Shown here one piece after another: positions 25,192-31,690 of a stretch of 39,347 nucleotides of DNA. This stretch comes from a virus. Both the position numbers and the translations under genes were made by a program. Below the pieces are notes generated by a model, which was not told the DNA's origin, made no database searches, and saw only the letters and a list, made by a program, of their open reading frames with translations. The stretch covers positions 1 through 39,347 of IMG/VR virus record IMGVR_UViG_3300006097_000020; one strand, 5' to 3'. Position 1 is the first letter of the stretch; every line of letters begins with the position of its first letter.

Positions 25192-25374
25192 TTAAGAATA
25201 CTCAATCACCACCACATCCATAGTATCATCTTCTTCGGGTGCGTTTGCGTCCCACAACTCTATCTCTTTAACCGTGTAGGCTTTCATATAGTCAAACTCT
25301 TCACCTTGCTGAATCATTACCTCTTTTTCTGGGTCTTGCTTTTGAAGCTCTGCAATCAATTCTTTTACTTTCAT
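25192..25374 (-). CDS. Small acidic hypothetical protein (start trimmed to MKVKEL)
   Basis: The track start at 25398 is a TTG inside an inverted-repeat arm. The first ATG is at 25374. Confidence 0.45.
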   Translation of the reverse strand: MKVKELIAELQKQDPEKEVMIQQGEEFDYMKAYTVKEIELWDANAPEEDDTMDVVVIEYS

Positions 25375-25480
25375 CTGATTAAATTTAACTGCTGCCAACA
25401 GGTCGGTATAAACAAGCCGCCGACAGCTATTTACAAATTTTGAACAGACTTACAAGGCGGCCTGTTCATACCGCCATAGC

Positions 25481-25510
25481 GTTGGCAGCACATTAAAACG
25501 ATTGCACAAC
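25481..25510 (-). repeat. Intergenic hairpin, family copy A (loop ATTAAAACG on the plus strand)
   Basis: gttggca(25481..25487) pairs with tgc-a-caac (25503..25510) with one bulge. The loop contains attaaaacg. Flanking sequence 25491..25578 is about 77% identical to copy B by hand alignment. Confidence 0.7.
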
Positions 25511-25573
25511 ATGCAATATAAAACATGCTTAGCGTCGTGCTTCGTAGTATCGTTTGTGCTAAATTCACCATAA

Positions 25574-25993
25574 TTAAATTTTTTCTTTACCCACGCTCTC
25601 AAAATAGAATATTCCGTCAAATGGCTTTGTTGGAGTAATTCCAAAATATGAAGCCACTTTATTTAAATATTCCTTTTTGCGTTTAGATTTTTCAGTTCTT
25701 GGATTCTTTGGTTTATCCAATCTTTCGTGCAATCCGCCTAAAAACCAAGTTCTAAATGTTTCCAAGTCTAAAGACCCTTTATAGTGGTTAATTATTTTCT
25801 GTACAGGCACAAGATTTTCATCACAATGAGCATCAGGAAACATTGAAGTTCCATCCCACCAATTTCTAACAAGTGGCTTTATATGTTCAACTTGCCAATC
25901 ATCTTCAAGTGGCGTTCCTGAATAAGCACAAAGCCCACCAAACTTTTGCTTAATTTCTTCTCTTTGTTTTTTACTGATATATCCCACACTCAA
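25574..25993 (-). CDS. HNH endonuclease
   Basis: 139 aa. GGLCAYSG...WQVEHIKP...DENLVPVQKIINHYK gives the His-Asn-(His/Asn) beta-beta-alpha-metal signature. The track start is a TTG, so the true start is uncertain. Confidence 0.65.
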   Translation of the reverse strand: MSVGYISKKQREEIKQKFGGLCAYSGTPLEDDWQVEHIKPLVRNWWDGTSMFPDAHCDENLVPVQKIINHYKGSLDLETFRTWFLGGLHERLDKPKNPRTEKSKRKKEYLNKVASYFGITPTKPFDGIFYFESVGKEKI

Positions 25994-26056
25994 AAAATTT
26001 AATTATTACTGTTGTTCTTCGATTCAAACTTTGTGCTGTAAATCCGCCCATACTAA

Positions 26057-26095
26057 GGCATAACATTGTGTATAAGAAATAGGGGCTGTTGTGCC
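26057..26095 (-). repeat. Intergenic hairpin using the same GGCAyAACA / TGTTGTGCC arms (copy G)
   Basis: ggcataaca (26057..26065) and tgttgtgcc (26087..26095) form a 9-bp stem (one G:U in RNA) around a 21-nt loop that contains TATA. Confidence 0.6.
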
Positions 26096-26182
26096 ACCAT
26101 TCAAGGATGTTAATGAATTGAGTTGTACACCTCGCATCAAAGCCGTTAGCCAAATTCCCCTACTTCTCATACACAAGTACCG

Positions 26183-26497
26183 TTAGGCTTCATTTTGCCC
26201 AACGCTCTGAATATCATCTCTTAATCGGTGCATCCATCTATAATAATGGTCAGGTAAGAATATCCGCTGTTTTCGTTCGTCAAAGTCAACCATTACACCC
26301 CATCCGCATTCACACAAAAAGGCGAAGTGATAAAGGAATTTTGTAAACGGCCCAATCATTTCACCTGTCATTGTTGAATTGCACACCTCATTTTGATAAT
26401 CTTCGTCATCTAACCAGCGGGTAATTTCCTGCTTTGCTATTTGTTCCCACGATTTCAATTTACGTGGTTCATCTACTTTGTATTTCGGTTCATTCAT
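26183..26497 (-). CDS. Hypothetical protein
   Basis: 104-aa ORF. No motif recognised. Its stop lies inside GCCTAACGG. Confidence 0.5.
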   Translation of the reverse strand: MNEPKYKVDEPRKLKSWEQIAKQEITRWLDDEDYQNEVCNSTMTGEMIGPFTKFLYHFAFLCECGWGVMVDFDERKQRIFLPDHYYRWMHRLRDDIQSVGQNEA

Positions 26498-26590
26498 ATT
26501 TCAGTTATTTAATTCCAACGCTAAAAACGAAAGCCTAACAGCACCTATACGTCAGCTTCCTATCGTCAGCCGAACGCATAGCTGCATCAC

Positions 26591-26620
26591 GTTGTGGCGC
26601 ATTAAAACGGCGCCCACAAC
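26591..26620 (-). repeat. Intergenic hairpin, family copy C
   Basis: gttgtggcgc (26591..26600), loop attaaaacg (26601..26609), gcgcccacaac (26610..26620). This is a 10-bp stem with a one-base bulge and the same loop as copies A and B. Confidence 0.7.
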
Positions 26621-26995
26621 AGCAATCTAAAATATACTTACCCGAAAGCAACGAATGCCCAACAATGGGTATATTGCATGGCGGGGTTTCTGCTTGTATT
26701 TGAGTTTCTTTCATCTATCTAAGTTTTTGTTTGTGGACATCTGTTCGGCTTTGAATCCGCCACTGTTCATACCCGCAGCCGTGAGCGTCTGCATAAATTC
26801 ATGCATTTCTATTTTCTTTGAGTTTTTCCAATCGGTTCTACGATCATCTGAATTTTACAATTTTATTCAATCTATGAAAAAGAGAAATTGCTTCTTTCTC
26901 TCTCATCGCTGAAGTCAGTTGTTTTGCTCCGTCGAAAACTTCATATAACCCTTTACTTGTCTTACTGTTTCTAATGTTTAAAGATTGATATAATT

Positions 26996-27415
26996 TCATG
27001 ATTTCTGATATTTATTGATTATTTTAACAATTTCAAAATGTCTGGAAGGAATGGTTTTTTTTGTTAACAAGATATATCGATTTTGATTTTCGAAAATTTT
27101 ACCATGCCAACGTGGTTTGTCATTAATTAAGTAGATTTCTTTCATAAAGACTTTTCCAAGAAAACGTTCTATGCAGGCGCCTTTTGATTGTTTCCAGTCC
27201 GGGATCAATAACACTTTGTCAGATTTCAAAACGTTAAAGAAAGCAGGTATCATATAGAATAACCACCTTTTTATTCCTAAGAAAGGCTTAACATAGATAG
27301 GGTTTATAATTTTTACACGACCAAAATCTTTTCGAATTCTGGCTTCGTAGGAGACAAATTTGGTTATGTAGTTTTCATCTCCACTTATTTTCCCTGAAAT
27401 GTAAATTGTTTTCAT
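26996..27415 (-). CDS. DUF4406-like (nucleoside 2-deoxyribosyltransferase-like superfamily) protein
   Basis: 139 aa. MKTIYISGKISGD ... INP ... LKSDKVLLIPDWKQSKGACIE follows the DUF4406 pattern (iYisGpitG ... NP ... cD.v..l.gW..S.Ga..E). Confidence 0.5.
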   Translation of the reverse strand: MKTIYISGKISGDENYITKFVSYEARIRKDFGRVKIINPIYVKPFLGIKRWLFYMIPAFFNVLKSDKVLLIPDWKQSKGACIERFLGKVFMKEIYLINDKPRWHGKIFENQNRYILLTKKTIPSRHFEIVKIINKYQKS

Positions 27416-27417
27416 AT

Positions 27418-27621
27418 TTATTTAAATTCGTGAAAGCGTCTAAATTCATCTCCGTAAACTTCAACGCCTTTGATCTTTTCAAGCGTCGGTATAATGTTTC
27501 TATCTTTAATCTTAATCCACCTCGATACAAGACACTTAGTTCCAATTCTTCTATCAAGTGGTATCTTCTCAATATGTCTTTTAATATCCTCTATGTCGTA
27601 ATTCTCTGGCATAAGCATCAA
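27418..27621 (-). CDS. Hypothetical protein
   Basis: 67-aa ORF ending 2 nt before the next start. Preferred over the overlapping frame 27375..27572. Confidence 0.4.
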   Translation of the reverse strand: MMLMPENYDIEDIKRHIEKIPLDRRIGTKCLVSRWIKIKDRNIIPTLEKIKGVEVYGDEFRRFHEFK

Positions 27622-27835
27622 TTTTTATGAGGTTAATCATAACTCTGAATGCAAAGAATAAAGACAAAAGGACTACTAATATCTGCCATATTCCTGATGC
27701 CGGGAATATGGTTCCCGCAAATGAAATTAAGACAAATGAAATTAATGCATTGAAAAAGCATTTCCTCAATTGAATTATTGTCATTCGTCTAAGTTCTTTT
27801 TTTGATAGCTTCTTGAAGTCAACTATTGTTTTCAT
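27581..27835 (-). CDS. Small 2-TM membrane protein
   Basis: 84 aa with helices ALISFVLISFAGTIF and ILVVLLSLFFAFRVMI. Confidence 0.45.
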   Translation of the reverse strand: MKTIVDFKKLSKKELRRMTIIQLRKCFFNALISFVLISFAGTIFPASGIWQILVVLLSLFFAFRVMINLIKIDAYARELRHRGY

Positions 27836-27839
27836 ATTG

Positions 27840-28007
27840 TTAATGTTCTTTGTTTTTAGGACTTAAATACTTCTCAGGACACTGTCCTAATTCGTATAAC
27901 CGACAAATGTTTGTCCCGTTGCCGCTAAACGGCACAAAACATTCTCTTTTTCTGCATTTATCAGAAAGAACCAAATACTCTTTTTTGTTGTATCTTATTG
28001 TAGCCAT
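27840..28007 (-). CDS. Small Cys-rich protein (start trimmed to MATIRY)
   Basis: The 47 N-terminal codons of track ORF 27840..28148 are the translated intergenic repeat (copy B plus the 56-nt block). The ATG at 28007 follows the block, as at 24279. Confidence 0.45.
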   Translation of the reverse strand: MATIRYNKKEYLVLSDKCRKRECFVPFSGNGTNICRLYELGQCPEKYLSPKNKEH

Positions 28008-28013
28008 AATTTC

Positions 28014-28069
28014 TTTATTTAACAATAATTGATTATGCGTCATTGACGCTATATATGTGTTGTGCTTCA
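28014..28069. repeat. 56-nt intergenic repeat block, copy 2 (partner at 24286..24341)
   Basis: tttatttaacaataattgattatgcgtcattgacgctatatatgtgttgtgcttca. Contains the perfect 13-bp palindrome gcgtcattgacgc at 28037..28049. Confidence 0.85.
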
Positions 28070-28097
28070 TTAAAACGAAAGCACAACATGGTATATA
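28050..28097 (-). repeat. Intergenic hairpin, family copy B (longest stem)
   Basis: tgttgtgctt (28058..28067) pairs perfectly with aagcacaaca (28079..28088). The loop is cattaaaacga. Outer tatata arms (28050..28055 and 28092..28097) can extend the stem. Confidence 0.75.
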
Positions 28098-28151
28098 AGC
28101 CATGCTTAGGTCTGTGCTTCGTAGTGATGTTTGTACAAACTTGCCCATAAT

Positions 28152-28901
28152 TTAAAAAGCCCCTCCCGCTTCGGTTTTTTCAAAACCGTTTGGTATAAGT
28201 TCTGTAAGCAATTCACGTTCCTGTGTAAAAATAGGTGGTTCTGTACTTACCCATCTTGTTCTCAATGCACCGTTCTTCTCGTATTGTTCCTTTACAATTA
28301 ATCTACCCCGTTTAAGTTTAGGTTCATAATCGTTCCAGTTAATACCTTTTTGAAAACACATTTCTTGCATTTCACCTATGTCTTTTCCGTGCAATTCTCT
28401 TGGGCTATATAGGTATTGTGCAACGCTACTAATACTATTCCTTATTGTGTCTTGCTGTCTCCAAATCAAGTAATTCTCAACTTCAACGGCTGTTGGTATT
28501 GTAAACACACGGCTGTCAAATAAAGCAATCTTATTTGGTCGTAATTCATTAAATTTTGCAGTTGCCATACTTGCACTTATACTTGCCATTTTTTGTATAT
28601 TTCCATCAAACCAAGCATTAGTACCTAATTTTTCAAAATCAGTAAGTAAAATACTTATTTCATCACTTTGCACAAATGCCAATTTTGCTCCCTGAATATT
28701 CTTGCACATATAGCAAGCAGTTTCATCCATATCTGAAATTAGTTTTGCATCAAAAGGTCTCTCAAGCCCTCTTGTGTAAGTATGAAATGCTTTGCCATCT
28801 ACACGTATAATTGTGTACGTTCTTCTTGGGAGTAAGCTTCGAGTTCTATTTTCGTAAAACTCCTTCATTCTATCTCCTAAGCTATCTTTTTTATTTGCCA
28901 T
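28152..28901 (-). CDS. Thg1-like protein (tRNA-His guanylyltransferase family, 3'-5' nucleotidyltransferase)
   Basis: 249 aa. MANKKDSLGDRMKEFYE...YTIIRVDGKAFHTYT...AFVQSDEISILL reproduces the Thg1/TLP N-terminal palm motifs (RxDGxxFH and SDE carboxylates). Confidence 0.7.
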   Translation of the reverse strand: MANKKDSLGDRMKEFYENRTRSLLPRRTYTIIRVDGKAFHTYTRGLERPFDAKLISDMDETACYMCKNIQGAKLAFVQSDEISILLTDFEKLGTNAWFDGNIQKMASISASMATAKFNELRPNKIALFDSRVFTIPTAVEVENYLIWRQQDTIRNSISSVAQYLYSPRELHGKDIGEMQEMCFQKGINWNDYEPKLKRGRLIVKEQYEKNGALRTRWVSTEPPIFTQERELLTELIPNGFEKTEAGGAF

Positions 28902-28997
28902 CGCTTCGCTTTTTAAATTATTACTGTTGTTCTTTGTAGTTAGGTTTGTTGGTTAATCCGCACAGCTCATATACCTGTCCGTTAGAAACAAGCTCCG

Positions 28998-29879
28998 TCA
29001 TTCACATAAATGATAGTAGCTTGAACATGAAATAGGGCTGTCCTCTGCGAATAAATCAATAGTCGCATTTTTAGCTTCTAAATATCGTTTAACATCTTCG
29101 GCGGTTGTGTATTTTTTCGCAGTTCTTTTGCATACACCTGACTGGCTGTGTTCAGGTACAAAGTCAATTTTAAAGAAAGAGGAACCTATTCGCTTTTCAT
29201 GCTCAATAATTTCATCAAACTTTTTCGGGTATCGCTTTAATATTTCGTAAACTTCACGATGCCCTGACATAATGCAAGGGAAACAACCAACTCGCTTAAA
29301 CCCTTCTTTGTAAAGCGTATTAGGTTTCTGACCGTTTTCAATAATGTAATCAATAACTTCCTGACCAGACCAGTTGAAAATTGGTCTTAAAATGTCATCA
29401 GAGTATTCCTCACACCACATTTTCACATCTTTTTTTCTGTATGTATGCGTTTTGCCATTGTCATTATACGGTTCAAAATAGTATTTAAAATACCTGCATT
29501 GTCGCTGCATTAAACTTCTATTATGGCTTTCCTGCGCTCTAATTCCCTGTATTATCAACAAGTGTTCTTTTTGCTTTAGAACATAGTCAATAAAAGGGAT
29601 AGATTTTAATTCAGAAGTGCAGAACCGGGCCATCGTTGACGGAAATCTTTTTTTCTTTTCTGCCAGGTCAATCATTCCATCGTATTTTTTGCTTTTGACA
29701 GTAACAAGTTTTACACCCAATTCAGAAGTAGTTTCTTTAATATGCTTATAGGTAACTGGATGTTCCCATCCTGTATCACAAAATACAGCTTCCACATTTT
29801 TAGCACCGTATTTTTTGACCGTCCACAAAAGGCAGGCTTGTGAATCCTTACCTCCTGAATATGCTACTAATATTTTCAT
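28998..29879 (-). CDS. PP-loop ATP pyrophosphatase, PAPS reductase / DndC-like family
   Basis: 293 aa. MKILVAYSGGKDSQACL (SGGxDS PP-loop), FCTSELKSIPF, GIRAQESHNR and RVGCFPC (similar to the DndC-type GCWxC). Confidence 0.7.
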   Translation of the reverse strand: MKILVAYSGGKDSQACLLWTVKKYGAKNVEAVFCDTGWEHPVTYKHIKETTSELGVKLVTVKSKKYDGMIDLAEKKKRFPSTMARFCTSELKSIPFIDYVLKQKEHLLIIQGIRAQESHNRSLMQRQCRYFKYYFEPYNDNGKTHTYRKKDVKMWCEEYSDDILRPIFNWSGQEVIDYIIENGQKPNTLYKEGFKRVGCFPCIMSGHREVYEILKRYPKKFDEIIEHEKRIGSSFFKIDFVPEHSQSGVCKRTAKKYTTAEDVKRYLEAKNATIDLFAEDSPISCSSYYHLCE

Positions 29880-29966
29880 AAAAATTTGATTTTAATTTGG
29901 CCGCCAGTTTCTAACAAGCGGTCATAAACAACTCCGCTACGCTCCGCAGTTCATACCGCCAGCCCG

Positions 29967-30581
29967 TTAGTGGCAATTAAAGTACAGGTCAACTTGTTGC
30001 TTCTCGCTTTGTATGCCAATGTCGGTGTAACTTACATTAGGTTTTTTATCTATGTCGGCTTTAAAACAGCATGGTATATTTACCAAATGTATTTCCGAAT
30101 ATCCGTGTAGCATTTTAAGGCAGTCGCTTATTTTAGCGTGTGAGTGTACACAAACAACCACCGCACTATTATTTTCTCCTTCAAATGTTAATTCTTCTGC
30201 TTTGTTTTTATATGTTTCTAAGCGTTTAATATTCCATTGTTTCTCCCGCATTTGTGGGTCTATGCTTTTAACATTCCATTTCGTCAAGCAAGCTATTAGC
30301 GCACCTGTCCGTGGGCTGTGTCCATCACCTACTACATACACATCAACATCGTCAGTACGGCTTACATATTTATCAATTAGGTGGTCTTGTATTGCCACAA
30401 ATGCTCCCACACTCTCGGTTATTTCTTTAATATTCGGAAATACTTTCGCGCTCATTAGCAACGGGGCGGTATTCATTTTAAAAAACCTATGTAAATATCG
30501 GTTGTCATAGAAATAACTGCCACTAACACCGTGTAATACGGCATTGCCTTGTGGCTTTTTTGTTACTGTATCTGTATTCAT
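29967..30581 (-). CDS. Rossmann-fold methyltransferase-like protein (uncertain)
   Basis: The track start at 30602 is a TTG. The first ATG (MNTDTV) is at 30581. VDVYVVGDGHSPRTGALIA...SIDP resembles SAM-binding motif I and the post-I acidic residue. VVCVHSHA...PCC follows. Confidence 0.35.
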   Translation of the reverse strand: MNTDTVTKKPQGNAVLHGVSGSYFYDNRYLHRFFKMNTAPLLMSAKVFPNIKEITESVGAFVAIQDHLIDKYVSRTDDVDVYVVGDGHSPRTGALIACLTKWNVKSIDPQMREKQWNIKRLETYKNKAEELTFEGENNSAVVVCVHSHAKISDCLKMLHGYSEIHLVNIPCCFKADIDKKPNVSYTDIGIQSEKQQVDLYFNCH

Positions 30582-30646
30582 ATCTTTAGTTCTTTTAATC
30601 AAATTTGTACTGTATTTAAAGCGGCAACGACCGCATACACAAACCG

Positions 30647-31429
30647 TTATGCGCCATGCCGAAAGACCAAGATACTTTCGTGTTGCACCCTGCTTTTTGC
30701 ATTTTGCCCGAAACCCATTCTTGGAGTTTCGATTTTAATTTCATCAATAAGTTTCATTCCAAAATCTAACAATGTTTGTTTATGCCAATCAACCACGTTT
30801 ACAATTTGCCCTTTTCTAATATGGTCAGAAACATTCACAATCATCAATCCATTTGGCTTTAATACGCGCAAACATTCCTTGTAAATCTCAATATGCTTTT
30901 GTCGGTACTTTACACCCCATTGCATCCTTCCAGTATTCTCTTCATTTAATGGTCTTCCCAAGAAATGTCTGTAAGTAATGCGCTTGCTTCCATCTTTCGC
31001 TTCAAAGTGGTCTGCCATTCTGTTACCATAAGTAGGGCTTGTACATATAGCATCAAATTCGTGATTCGCAAATTGCAAATTAGCCGCATCACCTATACAC
31101 CATTCATCAACATCATATTCAGACGCATTAACCCATTCAGGTTCAATTTCATTGCATACCACTTTTCCGCTAAATCCGTAATCCTTAATAAGAGCAAGTT
31201 TCCCGACACCGCCGAAAGGGTCAAGTACGTTACTACAATCTTTTAGTAATTCCGCAAATTTTGGAATAAAACTATCAGTGTATTTTGCAGGGTGCTTTAC
31301 GGAAGAAGGCACAGGCGCATAACACGTGCTATAAGCAATAGCGGTGTCCGTGTTATCCGAAAGTTCCTGCTTTTTATTATCGTTTGTCATATTATGAAAG
31401 TTTATCGTTTTTAATCCGCTACTGCTCAT
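30647..31429 (-). CDS. DNA methyltransferase (N6-adenine / N4-cytosine type)
   Basis: 260 aa. VLDPFGGVGK (motif I, FxGxG-like) precedes AICTSPTYGN (motif IV, a (D/S)PP(Y/F)-like variant SPTY). LKPNGLMIVNV lies downstream. Confidence 0.65.
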   Translation of the reverse strand: MSSSGLKTINFHNMTNDNKKQELSDNTDTAIAYSTCYAPVPSSVKHPAKYTDSFIPKFAELLKDCSNVLDPFGGVGKLALIKDYGFSGKVVCNEIEPEWVNASEYDVDEWCIGDAANLQFANHEFDAICTSPTYGNRMADHFEAKDGSKRITYRHFLGRPLNEENTGRMQWGVKYRQKHIEIYKECLRVLKPNGLMIVNVSDHIRKGQIVNVVDWHKQTLLDFGMKLIDEIKIETPRMGFGQNAKSRVQHESILVFRHGA

Positions 31430-31456
31430 AGCACCATTCGTTAGAAGTAATAAATC

Positions 31457-31690
31457 TTATAAATCTCTTAACTTCTTAGCCCATTCAGAATAAGGTGTGA
31501 TATTTTTATCTTTTAATCCGCTTTTTGAAGAAGATTTACCACTTCTAACATCAGATATGTTTAATTTACCTATCACAAATTCACAAAAGTCTATAATATC
31601 TTCTTGTGCATCCCAAACTTCATCACAACTTTCCTTAATTACCTCACCGAAGTAATAATCAAATAATTCATTTATTTTATCTCTTTTCAT
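31457..31690 (-). CDS. Hypothetical protein
   Basis: 77-aa ORF. No motif recognised. Confidence 0.45.
   Translation of the reverse strand: MKRDKINELFDYYFGEVIKESCDEVWDAQEDIIDFCEFVIGKLNISDVRSGKSSSKSGLKDKNITPYSEWAKKLRDL

Noticed and set aside
25450-25644. Minus-strand ORFs overlapping better-supported frames: 3841..4023, 14557..14751, 25450..25644, 25971..26153, 27375..27572, 35124..35312, 36977..37177 and 38687..38959.
   Set aside because: They sit out of frame inside stronger genes or run across the structured intergenic repeats. They start with non-ATG codons or lack operon spacing.
25481-28097. Reading the repeated hairpins as a CRISPR array.
   Set aside because: The copies are only about 75-90% similar, are irregularly spaced (1.1-1.5 kb) with genes between them, and there are no cas genes.
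28008-28148. The N-terminal extensions of track ORFs 27840..28148, 24106..24357, 34337..35068, 31733..32203 and 24677..24913 considered as real coding sequence.
   Set aside because: The extensions coincide exactly with repeated intergenic elements, a terminator hairpin or an upstream gene. Internal ATGs restore normal gene spacing.
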